NCBI GenBank assembly: GCA_023458855.1
Contig: JAEWWQ010000359.1
Location: forward strand, 1-25,138
From: Bacillota bacterium
GTDB lineage: Bacteria > Bacillota > Clostridia > Lachnospirales > Lachnospiraceae
Direction of reading: 5' to 3'
DNA length: 25,138 bases
Shown: in pieces, positions 17,297 through 25,138 of the stretch
Layout: every line of letters starts with the position of its first letter
Position numbering within the stretch: position 1 is the first letter of the stretch
Notes under the pieces: generated by a model
The model's database searches: none
Told to the model about the DNA's origin: nothing
What the model saw: the letters and a program-made list of their open reading frames with translations, nothing else
Position numbers and translations under genes: made by a program

Positions 17297-17992
17297 ATGA
17301 AAACTGAAAATTATCAAATCAATCAAATCCCAGCTGTTTTATACGGGGAGCCAAGAGACAAAGTCTGGCTTTTTGTCCACGGACAGGGCGGCAAAAAAGA
17401 AGAAGCTGAGGCCTTTTCTGCAATTGCTGTTCCCGCCGGGTATCAGGTTCTTGGTATTGACCTGCCGGAACACGGAGTACGTAAAGAAAAATCGGGCGGC
17501 TTTAATCCATGGTCAGTGGTACCGGAATTGCAAGCCGTCGCTGCGCACATGAAATCTCGATGGGAAAGAATTTCTATCAGAGCTAACAGCATCGGCTCAT
17601 ACTTTTCTATGCTTGCACTTGATGATGAACCTATTGAAAAAGCGCTGTTTGTATCGCCAATTGTGGATATGGAGCGGTTAATTATTGATATGATTGGGTG
17701 GGCTGGTGTGAGTGAGGAGCTGCTCCGTGCCAAAGGAGAAATTCCGACGAACTTCGGTCAAACGCTCTCCTGGCAGTATCTTTGCTGGGTAAGGGAGCAT
17801 CCGTTATCTGCGTGGTGTTCTCCAACCGCAATCCTTTACGCAGGGCAAGACAATTTGACTTCTCGGCAAACTGTCACGGATTTTGCGCAGGCCCATAACA
17901 CATCGTTTGAAGTATATGAGCCTGGCGAGCATTGGTTTCATACCCCGGAACAACTGAAGGTGCTTCAGGATTGGGAACTCCGAAATATATGA
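17297..17992 (+). CDS. Alpha/beta hydrolase
   Basis: FVHGQGG, IDLPEHG, ANSIG nucleophile elbow, GQDNL, GEHWFH. GAGGA RBS. Confidence 0.9.
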   Translation: MKTENYQINQIPAVLYGEPRDKVWLFVHGQGGKKEEAEAFSAIAVPAGYQVLGIDLPEHGVRKEKSGGFNPWSVVPELQAVAAHMKSRWERISIRANSIGSYFSMLALDDEPIEKALFVSPIVDMERLIIDMIGWAGVSEELLRAKGEIPTNFGQTLSWQYLCWVREHPLSAWCSPTAILYAGQDNLTSRQTVTDFAQAHNTSFEVYEPGEHWFHTPEQLKVLQDWELRNI

Positions 17993-18000
17993 AAGAAATA

Positions 18001-18053
18001 AGACGCAGAGTCAGACTTTCCTATTAAGAATGTCTGCTCTGCGTTTTTTGTTT
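18001..18053 (+). terminator. Long Rho-independent terminator
   Basis: AGACGCAGAG(T)CAGAC pairs with GTCTGCTCTGCGTTT, followed by a T tract. Confidence 0.8.
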
Positions 18054-18181
18054 GATGGCAAGGCAACCATCAGAAGTGGAAGAAAATCACAATTATGACA
18101 TTTACGCCAATTGATTTACGAGAATCTGTTTTTTCTATGACAGTTTAATACCAAATAACGGAAGATTTATTAGAAAAGCTA

Positions 18182-18190
18182 TGTTATAAT
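18182..18190 (+). promoter_or_regulatory. Extended -10 promoter (TGtTATAAT) ahead of the accessory gene run
   Basis: Perfect TGnTATAAT; no good -35. Confidence 0.55.
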
Positions 18191-18230
18191 GAGCGCAAGA
18201 AGGTGCCAGACAGGAAAGAGAGGAAGTAGA

Positions 18231-18653
18231 ATGAAAACGATAGTGATGTATTATACTTTTGGTGGAGCATCAAAAAAAGAGGCAGAAAGAATAGCAGCAG
18301 AAGATAAGGATGCTGTTCTTTGTGAGGTGCATGAAAAGAAAAAACGCAATATGTTTACAGCCTTTTTCCCAGGATGTCCACAGGCAATGAAGAGAAGTGC
18401 TTCTGAAATAAAAGAAATACTATATAATTTGACAGATTATGAACGTATTGTTATTGTTGCGCCAATATGGGCAGGCTTTCCGGTACCTGCATTTAATGCA
18501 ATAGTGAATCTGTTGCCGGCAGGGAAAGAAGTGGAATTATTTTTCTGTTCTGGTGGAGGGGAAGCTCCAAAGAGTGAAGAAGGGACTAAGAAAATCATTC
18601 AGGATAGAAATTGTAAATTAATTGCGTATCATGATATTAGAACATCTAAATAG
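18231..18653 (+). CDS. Flavodoxin-like protein
   Basis: MKTIVMYYTFGGASKKEAE (degenerate FMN loop), YERIVIVAPIWAG, FFCSGG. The AGAGGA RBS supports the ATG at 18231. Confidence 0.8.
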   Translation: MKTIVMYYTFGGASKKEAERIAAEDKDAVLCEVHEKKKRNMFTAFFPGCPQAMKRSASEIKEILYNLTDYERIVIVAPIWAGFPVPAFNAIVNLLPAGKEVELFFCSGGGEAPKSEEGTKKIIQDRNCKLIAYHDIRTSK

Positions 18654-18667
18654 TTGGGGGTATTTGT

Positions 18668-19129
18668 ATGTTTACTGAAATGAGAAGAAGTGATAGAAAA
18701 TTAACAGAAGCAGAGGCGGTGGAGATCCTTGAAAAGTGTGAATATGGCACACTTTCTACGACAGGAGAAGATGGCTATCCTTATGGAGTGCCAGTTAGTT
18801 ATGTCGTAGATGGAAATAAACTTTATATTCATGCAGCAAAGGGAGTCGGTAAGAAATTCACTAATATACAAAACAATCCGAAGGTCTGCTTTACTGTTGT
18901 AGGAAGTACGGAGGTTTTGCCATCCCAATTTGGCACAAAATATGAAAGTGTGATTATTTTTGGAGAGGCAAAAGTGCTTCAGGATAAGCGTAGTGCTCTT
19001 GAAAAAATGATAGAAAAATATAGTATGGAATATAAAGAAGCTGGAGCGAAATACATAGATGCAGCAATAGATAAAGTGGATATTTATGAGATAACCATTG
19101 AATCTATCAGCGGAAAGGCAAGAAGATAA
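18668..19129 (+). CDS. Pyridoxamine 5'-phosphate oxidase family flavin-binding protein (Nim-like)
   Basis: MRRSDR, YGTLST, PYGVPVSY, YIHAA, NPKVCFTVV, YESVIIFG, ISGKAR. Confidence 0.88.
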   Translation: MFTEMRRSDRKLTEAEAVEILEKCEYGTLSTTGEDGYPYGVPVSYVVDGNKLYIHAAKGVGKKFTNIQNNPKVCFTVVGSTEVLPSQFGTKYESVIIFGEAKVLQDKRSALEKMIEKYSMEYKEAGAKYIDAAIDKVDIYEITIESISGKARR

Positions 19130-19149
19130 TAAATAAGGGGAATATAAAA

Positions 19150-19569
19150 ATGATGAGAGATCCGGAAAGGACAATAGGAAATTTAATAGATAAGCAAGGG
19201 GTCGCATTTATTAGTTCAATAGACAACGATGGTTATCCAAATACCAAAGCAATGCTGCCGCCGAGAAAACGTGAGGGAATCCGGGAATTTTACTTTACAA
19301 CGAATACCTCTTCCATGCGTGTGAACCAATATCGTGTCAATCCGAAAGCCTGCATTTATTTTTGTGATAAAAGATTTTTTAGAGGTGTCATGTTAAGAGG
19401 AACAATTCAAATTCTCGAAGATGCTGAAAGCAAGGAGATGATATGGCAGGAAGGGGATAAGATGTATTACCCGGAAGGGGTAACAGATCCCGATTATTGT
19501 GTATTACATTTTACAGCAAAAAGCGGAAGATTTTATAGTAACTTCAAATCTGAAAATTTTGAGATTTAG
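19150..19569 (+). CDS. Pyridoxamine 5'-phosphate oxidase family / general stress protein 26-like
   Basis: ISSIDNDGYPNTKAM, FTTNTSS, NPKACIYF, YYPEGVTDPDYCVL. Confidence 0.87.
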   Translation: MMRDPERTIGNLIDKQGVAFISSIDNDGYPNTKAMLPPRKREGIREFYFTTNTSSMRVNQYRVNPKACIYFCDKRFFRGVMLRGTIQILEDAESKEMIWQEGDKMYYPEGVTDPDYCVLHFTAKSGRFYSNFKSENFEI

Positions 19570-19616
19570 CAAGGGATGGTAGTATTCGGTAAGTATAATG
19601 ATGAGGAGCTAACAGA

Positions 19617-20795
19617 ATGGAACAGACAATAAAATTATATGATGCAGATGCCTACCGGACAAAGTTTGGTGCGAAGGTATTGTCATGCAAAGAAGTGATT
19701 GTAAACGATGAAAAGAGATACGAGGTTATTTTGGACCAGACCTTATTTTTCCCGGAAGAGGGCGGACAAAGTGCAGATCAGGGAACGATTCAGAATAGTA
19801 AGGTGCTGGATGTGCAAATAAAAAATGATATCATTACACATACACTGGAGCGGAACCTTCCAGTAGAAAGTATTGTGGAAGGAGAAATTGACTGGAAACA
19901 TCGTTTTTATAATATGCAGCAGCACTCAGGCGAGCATATCTTCTCAGGACTGGTCCATTCGCAATTCGGATATGATAATGCAGGATTTCACCTGAGCAAT
20001 CAGGTGGTGACGATGGATTTTAGTGGAATATTATCAGATACAGATGTCAGGAAGATAGAGCAGCAGGTAAATGAGTGTATCGTGAAAAACCTGCCAATAG
20101 AGGTCACATTCCCTTCGAAGGAAGAACTGAAAAAGATGGAATACCGCAGTAAAATCGAGATAGATGGACAGGTTCGTATTGTGACGGTACCAGGATATGA
20201 TGTATGTGCCTGCTGTGCACCACATGTGAAGAGAACCGGAGAGATTGGAATGCTAAAGGTAGTGAATACACAGAACTATAAGGGTGGTATACGTATCTTC
20301 ATTCTTTGCGGATTTCGTGCATTAGACGACTATCGGGAAAAGCTGGATAATGTATTATTCATTTCAAAAATGTTATCTGCAAAGCCTGAACTTGTGGCAG
20401 AGGCAACGCAAAAAATAAAGAATGATTTAGGAACGGTAAAACAGGAATTAGTTGCTGCAAAACAGGAATTGATGATGCAAAAAATAACGCAGATACCGAA
20501 ACAGGAAGTAAACGTCTGCTTATTTGAGAAAGCGGCCGACGCCGGAGTCATGCGTACGGCAGTTAATGTATTGGTACAAAATCATACGGGATTTTGCGGC
20601 ATATTCGTGGGAACAGACGAAACAGGGTACCGCTATATTGTAGGAATTGATGAAGGTGATGCCAGAGAAATGGGAAATCTCCTGAAGAAAGAATTTCAGG
20701 CAAAGGGCGGTGGCTCTGCAGAGATGATTCAGGGTTCTTTGCAGGGAACAGCCGAGAAGATAAAGGAGATATTTGAGAGAAAAATTTATGAATAG
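19617..20795 (+). CDS. Free-standing alanyl-tRNA editing protein (AlaXp with C-terminal C-Ala/DHHA1 domain)
   Basis: LDQTLFFPEEGGQSAD, zinc ligands QHSGEH and CCAPH, C-terminal KGGGS...QG. Confidence 0.92.
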   Translation: MEQTIKLYDADAYRTKFGAKVLSCKEVIVNDEKRYEVILDQTLFFPEEGGQSADQGTIQNSKVLDVQIKNDIITHTLERNLPVESIVEGEIDWKHRFYNMQQHSGEHIFSGLVHSQFGYDNAGFHLSNQVVTMDFSGILSDTDVRKIEQQVNECIVKNLPIEVTFPSKEELKKMEYRSKIEIDGQVRIVTVPGYDVCACCAPHVKRTGEIGMLKVVNTQNYKGGIRIFILCGFRALDDYREKLDNVLFISKMLSAKPELVAEATQKIKNDLGTVKQELVAAKQELMMQKITQIPKQEVNVCLFEKAADAGVMRTAVNVLVQNHTGFCGIFVGTDETGYRYIVGIDEGDAREMGNLLKKEFQAKGGGSAEMIQGSLQGTAEKIKEIFERKIYE

Positions 20796-21606
20796 TTTAA
20801 TGGTATACTTTTCAGCAACAAAAACGACGGAAAAGATTGTAAAAGCGATTGGAATGGGATTGGGAGATTCCGTTACTTATGTTGATATTACGAATATGAA
20901 TAAGAAGCAGATGATAGATACTGTGGGATATGATATTATTATTTTGGCATCACCGATTTATGGTGAGCAGATTCCTGAAATGATTTTCTCAAAATTCCAG
21001 CAATTAGAGCTTAAAGATAAGAAGCTGATCGGCATAAGTGTTTATGGAAATATCGGGTATGGAATAAGTCTGTTACAATACAGGAAGCTGGCAATACAGG
21101 GAGGAGCGAGTCTGTTTGCTTTAGGTGCATGTATCGGGGAACATACTTATGCCACGAAGTCATTAGATATTGGATATGGCAGGCCGGATGAAAAGGACTT
21201 GAGAGGAGCGGAACAATTTGGAGAAAAAATTCGCAACAAGTATCAAGAGGGTAATCTTCAGATGTTTTCTGTGGAAGCACCCAGTTCAAAATTGCCGCAA
21301 TTCATTAGTAATTTTCCGGATTCAGGAACACGATTGATTATCAGATCTCCGAAGGCAGATAATGAAAAATGTAACCGATGCGGGGCATGTAGTATCTTGT
21401 GTCCAGCAGGAGCAATTGACAAAGATACATTACGGATAGATGAAAGTAAATGCTTGCGCTGCTATGCCTGTGTGAAGCGCTGCCCCAAATTGGCGAGAAC
21501 AGGTGGCTTAAAATATGCGCCTATGGAGAAAGTATTTCGTCTGGTAGGCAAAAAGAGGAAAGAGAATCTGTTTATCATTGATGAATATAGAAAGCAGCCA
21601 ATATAG
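20788..21606 (+). CDS. EFR1-like flavodoxin plus 2x[4Fe-4S] ferredoxin fusion
   Basis: YFSATKTT flavodoxin start, VYGN, GRPD; CNRCGACSILCP and CLRCYACVKRCP. The ATG overlaps the alaX stop (ATGAATAG). Confidence 0.87.
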   Translation: MNSLMVYFSATKTTEKIVKAIGMGLGDSVTYVDITNMNKKQMIDTVGYDIIILASPIYGEQIPEMIFSKFQQLELKDKKLIGISVYGNIGYGISLLQYRKLAIQGGASLFALGACIGEHTYATKSLDIGYGRPDEKDLRGAEQFGEKIRNKYQEGNLQMFSVEAPSSKLPQFISNFPDSGTRLIIRSPKADNEKCNRCGACSILCPAGAIDKDTLRIDESKCLRCYACVKRCPKLARTGGLKYAPMEKVFRLVGKKRKENLFIIDEYRKQPI

Positions 21607-21619
21607 GAGAAGACCGAAG

Positions 21620-22183
21620 ATGAATCTGTATGAAGAGATAAAAGACTATCAGCCATATAATGAACAGGAAGAAAAGGACCGCATGATGATGCTGGATTTT
21701 ATGAATAGAAATCCGGACTGTTTATTGCGTAGTAATACATCAGCACACTTTACAGCTTCCTCGTGGGTGGTGAATCCGTCTAAGACAAAGATACTGATGG
21801 TTTATCACAATATTTACCATTCATGGTCCTGGACAGGCGGACATGCAGATGGAGAAGAGAATCTTTCTGCTGTCGCAATGCGGGAACTGTGTGAGGAAAC
21901 CGGAATTAAAAAGGCACGATTACTTTCAGATGATATTTTTTCATTGGAAACTCTGACAGTAGATGGACATAGTAAACGGAGCCAATATGTTTCTTCACAT
22001 TTACATTTGAATCTTACGTATCTTATAGAAGCAGACGAGAGTGACAGCTTATTGGTAAAGCCAGATGAGAATAGCGGTGTGAAGTGGTTTACCTTTGAAG
22101 AAGCAGTAAAAGTTGTCAGTGAACCATGGATGACGGAACATATCTATAAGAAACTGCATGAGAAAATCAAGACTGGATGGTAA
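21620..22183 (+). CDS. Nudix hydrolase
   Basis: Nudix box GHADGEENLSAVAMRELCEETGI and AHFTASSWVVN. The AGGAG RBS supports the ATG at 21620. Confidence 0.92.
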   Translation: MNLYEEIKDYQPYNEQEEKDRMMMLDFMNRNPDCLLRSNTSAHFTASSWVVNPSKTKILMVYHNIYHSWSWTGGHADGEENLSAVAMRELCEETGIKKARLLSDDIFSLETLTVDGHSKRSQYVSSHLHLNLTYLIEADESDSLLVKPDENSGVKWFTFEEAVKVVSEPWMTEHIYKKLHEKIKTGW

Positions 22184-22224
22184 CTAGAGAGTGCGAATGC
22201 ACTAAAACAACGAGGAGAGTGTCC

Positions 22225-23094
22225 ATGGAAAAAATAGAATTTTTTTTGCCGGATTTCTACACAAGATTTCATTTGATACGTTTAATGCATGATTTAATGA
22301 TTAAATATCCGGAACGTTTCTTTGATGACATAAAGATAGGGGCTGCTTATGGATGTTTCCCGGGTTCTATCTGGAATGGCGGGCGGGTAATGCTCGGAAC
22401 CTGTACCAGGCAGGAGATGGAGTATGCGATTCGGGAGTTGAATGACAGAGGAATTGCGGTACGTTATACCTTTACAAATCCACTTATTGAAGAACTTCAT
22501 TTACAGGATACCTTTTGTAACTTGTGTATGAGGCTTGGTGACAATGGACAAAATGAAGTGCTGGTCAATGCACCAGTATTAGAGGAATATATTAGAAAAA
22601 AGTATCCCTCTTACAAGATATTGTCTTCCACAACCAAGTGCTTACGGACGGAAGCTGCCGTGAGAGAGGAATTGGCGCGCGATTACTACCTGGTAGTGCT
22701 TGATTCTGCATTTAATAATACAGAAGAACTTTTTAAGATGGAGCGGAAAGAAAAAATAGAACTACTGGTAAATCATTATTGTATGGACGACTGCCCGAAC
22801 AGAAGGGAACATTATCAGGTTGTTGGAAGATCACAACTGGAATTTTCCGAAATAGAATACCAGAAGTGCCCGAATATTAACAGAGATTTTTATCAGGTCA
22901 TGAATAATCGTTCCTTTATTACGACGGAAGCTTTATATGGGGGATATAAGGCAGCCGGATTCCGGCATTTTAAAATTGACGGGAGAGCTTTCCACAAATA
23001 TAAAGTCTTGGAAAGTTATATGTATTACTTGGTGCGACCTGAATATAGAGATGAAGTTCGTCTTTCCATTCTTCGGAATATGGAGAGATTGTAG
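22225..23094 (+). CDS. Uncharacterised protein, distant U32 'peptidase'-like with putative Fe-S cysteines
   Basis: WNGGR, SSTTK, ELLVNHYCMDDCPNR...H...C, GFRHFKIDGR (compare U32 KIEGR). The GAGGAG RBS supports the ATG at 22225. Confidence 0.6.
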   Translation: MEKIEFFLPDFYTRFHLIRLMHDLMIKYPERFFDDIKIGAAYGCFPGSIWNGGRVMLGTCTRQEMEYAIRELNDRGIAVRYTFTNPLIEELHLQDTFCNLCMRLGDNGQNEVLVNAPVLEEYIRKKYPSYKILSSTTKCLRTEAAVREELARDYYLVVLDSAFNNTEELFKMERKEKIELLVNHYCMDDCPNRREHYQVVGRSQLEFSEIEYQKCPNINRDFYQVMNNRSFITTEALYGGYKAAGFRHFKIDGRAFHKYKVLESYMYYLVRPEYRDEVRLSILRNMERL

Positions 23095-23120
23095 ATCGAT
23101 ACATAATTGAGGAGGCAAGT

Positions 23121-23594
23121 ATGATAGCATTAATAGTGGCATATTCACTTAACAGAGTAATAGGAAATAACGGTGTGATACCTTGGAAAATAAAGGGTGA
23201 ACAGAAAAGATTCAGGGAATTTACGACAGGAAATATTGTGATTATGGGAAGACGTTCCTATGAAGAAATTGGAAGACCGTTACCAAACCGCGAAACGATT
23301 GTAGTATCTCGTACAAAGAACTTTGATGGGGAACATTGCAGAACAGCATCTTCTCTTGCAGAAGCGATAGGAATGGCTGGGAATGATAAGGATATCTATA
23401 TTTCCGGTGGAGCTGGCTTGTATAAAGAAGCTATTCATATTGTTGATAAGATGTATGTTACGTTTGTTGAAAAAGAAATAGAAGGAGATACTTATTTTCC
23501 TGAATTTGAGGAAGCTGATTTTGAAAAGCAGATAGACGAGCATATTGACGGAGAGATACCATATACGTATGTGACGTATACCAGAAAAAAGTAA
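23121..23594 (+). CDS. folA: Dihydrofolate reductase (DfrF-like)
   Basis: LIVA..NRVIG, IPW, MGRRSYEEIGRPLPNR, ISGG, GDTYFP. GGAGG RBS. Confidence 0.93.
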   Translation: MIALIVAYSLNRVIGNNGVIPWKIKGEQKRFREFTTGNIVIMGRRSYEEIGRPLPNRETIVVSRTKNFDGEHCRTASSLAEAIGMAGNDKDIYISGGAGLYKEAIHIVDKMYVTFVEKEIEGDTYFPEFEEADFEKQIDEHIDGEIPYTYVTYTRKK

Positions 23595-23619
23595 GTTATT
23601 GTAAAGGGGGGAAGTGCAA

Positions 23620-24039
23620 ATGTTAGAGAGAATACCGACAGGGGAAGAAATGACGGCGTTGATTGGAAAACAGTATTATACTGTTTGGACAGAATTATGT
23701 AAACTAATTGATACCAATTATGATATGGACCATATGTGGAATAGTGGCGGTAAGGCATGGGTCTATGAGTATAAATACCGAAGAGGCGGTAAGACACTTT
23801 GCGCATTATATGCAAGAGAAAATTGTTTTGGGTTTATGGTTATTTTAGGGAAAATGGAAAGAGAAAAATTTGAAGCAGAAAGAGAAAAATTCTCTAAAGA
23901 AGTGCAGAAAATATATGACAGCGCTACGACTTATCATGATGGGAAATGGATTATGTTTGAACTTAAAGACACTTTGCTTTTTGAAGATATGGACAGGATA
24001 TTGAAAATTAAGAGAAGACCAAATAGAAACAGTAAATGA
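23620..24039 (+). CDS. DUF3788-family protein
   Basis: W.YEYKYRRGGKTLCALY and YHDGKW pattern. The ATG at 23620 fits the AGGGGGG RBS better than GTG 23614. Confidence 0.8.
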   Translation: MLERIPTGEEMTALIGKQYYTVWTELCKLIDTNYDMDHMWNSGGKAWVYEYKYRRGGKTLCALYARENCFGFMVILGKMEREKFEAEREKFSKEVQKIYDSATTYHDGKWIMFELKDTLLFEDMDRILKIKRRPNRNSK

Positions 24040-24076
24040 AAGCAGAAAAAATAAAATATGCAGGGAGATATAGTAA

Positions 24077-24481
24077 ATGAAAAGGTCTGCAATAACAGCA
24101 AGATTCAAAAGTGACGTTGAAAAAGTGTGGGATGTTGTGACTGATAATCGAAATTATTCCTGGAGAAGTGATTTATCAAAAATTGTGTGTGAGGAAGATG
24201 GAAAAAGTTTTACGGAATATGCGGAAAATGGATTTCCAACTTTATTTACAATTACATACAAGGAGCCTTTTGAACGATATGAATTCAACATGGAGAACAA
24301 GAATATGACTGGTCACTGGACGGGAATCTTTTCGGAGACCACAGAGGGTGGTACCCAGATTGATTTTACAGAAGAGTTAGAAATAGGAAATCCTATCATG
24401 AAATTACTGGCAGGAATCTATCTTAAGAAACAACAAAACACATATGTCAAAGATTTGCGAAGGACATTGGGAGAAGATTAA
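24077..24481 (+). CDS. SRPBCC (polyketide cyclase-like) family protein
   Basis: VEKVWDVVTD..NYSWRSDL, GHWTGIF, TQIDFTE and a C-terminal helix. GGGAG RBS. Confidence 0.82.
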   Translation: MKRSAITARFKSDVEKVWDVVTDNRNYSWRSDLSKIVCEEDGKSFTEYAENGFPTLFTITYKEPFERYEFNMENKNMTGHWTGIFSETTEGGTQIDFTEELEIGNPIMKLLAGIYLKKQQNTYVKDLRRTLGED

Positions 24482-24497
24482 GAATTGGTGTGAAAAG

Positions 24498-25070
24498 ATG
24501 ATGAAACCTAGTGAATGTATCAGTAGCAAAATGAAGATAAAATTAAGTATTGATATTTGTCGCCTTTTGGATGAAAAATGCGAATATGTGACTTATCAAA
24601 AGGGCGATACCGCACTGCTGGAAGGAGACAGATCCAATAATTTGTATTTTATCATAGCAGGCATTGTCAGGGGATATTACATAGATGACAAAGGAAATGA
24701 TATTACGAAATGCTTCAGCAGGGAAAACGAATTCTTTTCATCTGAGGGTTTGCGGGCAGAGGGACCATCAACTTTTACAATAGAATGTCTGGAAGCGTGC
24801 AGATGTATTAGGATGCCATACGTTGTGGTGAATAAGATAATGGAATCGGAGGCAGTGTTCAGAGAGTATTTTAATCAATTCTATTTTAGGGAAATCGGAA
24901 AACTGGAGCAGCGTGCAAAGAATCTGATTATAATGAATGCAGAAGAACGCTATAACGATTTTTGCAGTCAATTTCCAGATTTGTATGATCGGGTGGAGTT
25001 GAAATATATTGCATCCTATATCGGAATTCGTGCAGCTTCCCTAAGCAGAATACGAAAAAAATTCTGCTGA
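24498..25070 (+). CDS. Crp/Fnr-family transcriptional regulator
   Basis: cNMP-binding-like region LYFIIAGIVRGYY and C-terminal HTH AEERY...IASYIGIRAASLSRIRK. Start is 24498 or 24501. Confidence 0.9.
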   Translation: MMKPSECISSKMKIKLSIDICRLLDEKCEYVTYQKGDTALLEGDRSNNLYFIIAGIVRGYYIDDKGNDITKCFSRENEFFSSEGLRAEGPSTFTIECLEACRCIRMPYVVVNKIMESEAVFREYFNQFYFREIGKLEQRAKNLIIMNAEERYNDFCSQFPDLYDRVELKYIASYIGIRAASLSRIRKKFC

Positions 25071-25087
25071 ATTAACTTATGTGAATT
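25070..25087. promoter_or_regulatory. Putative Crp/Fnr binding site AATTAAC-TTAT-GTGAATT for the next gene (beyond window)
   Basis: Near-perfect palindrome, followed by TATAAT (25108-25113) and an AAAGGAG RBS (25126-25132). Confidence 0.65.
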
Positions 25088-25138
25088 ACAACTCTTCGTT
25101 CCTTTTCTATAATTGCATAGAAAAGAAAGGAGTAGAAA

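Noticed and set aside
17112..17297. 61-aa ORF between TetR-GNAT and the hydrolase
   Set aside because: TTG start without an RBS and no recognisable motif; at most a remnant.
15799..18053. TTTTTGTTT at 15799-15807 and 18045-18053 as a target-site duplication of the GC-rich insert
   Set aside because: Both are low-complexity terminator T-tails, so the match is uninformative without an empty-site allele.
19594..19599. TATAAT upstream of alaX as an internal promoter
   Set aside because: No -35 or TG extension, and the implied start site would fall within the RBS.
1..25138. Numerous 60-170 aa ORFs antisense to or nested in the called genes (e.g. 224-658, 1646-2080, 7436-7837, 8439-8882, 11017-11496, 18701-19207)
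   Set aside because: They are shadows of well-supported genes and show no recognisable motifs.
1..25138. CRISPR array, tRNA/rRNA, transposase, integrase or phage genes
   Set aside because: No regularly spaced repeats or cloverleaf-like sequence seen, little intergenic room, and no ORF with such motifs.

Overview
AT-rich bacterial chromosomal segment whose gene content and sigmaA-type promoters suggest Clostridia, probably Lachnospiraceae (inference). The left two-thirds is mostly housekeeping: the 3' end of clpB, a small membrane protein, a DUF4250-like ORF missed by the ORF track, a RACo/ASKHA corrinoid activator, a polysaccharide deacetylase, rarA and an NPP-type phosphodiesterase. On the minus strand lie a DUF4364-like gene, a TIGR01212 radical SAM gene, malic enzyme and a very AT-rich orphan with class-1 isoprenoid-synthase motifs. 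The rho-rpmE-DUF1385-prmC-prfA block follows. After prfA the window turns accessory: a small probable spore protein with an anti-SD leader, a GC-richer ~2.2 kb insert (TetR-GNAT fusion with two operators, plus an alpha/beta hydrolase), then 11 co-oriented genes (flavodoxin-like, two PNPOx-family, AlaX, EFR1-like ferredoxin, Nudix, U32-like, DfrF-like DHFR, DUF3788-like, SRPBCC, Crp/Fnr). The most unusual signal is a 19-nt hairpin with three compensatory base-pair changes, bracketed by GAG(G) and sitting just before the RBS of two neighbouring unrelated genes. No tRNA, rRNA, CRISPR array, transposase or integrase was recognised. All family calls come from motif recognition, not database searches.
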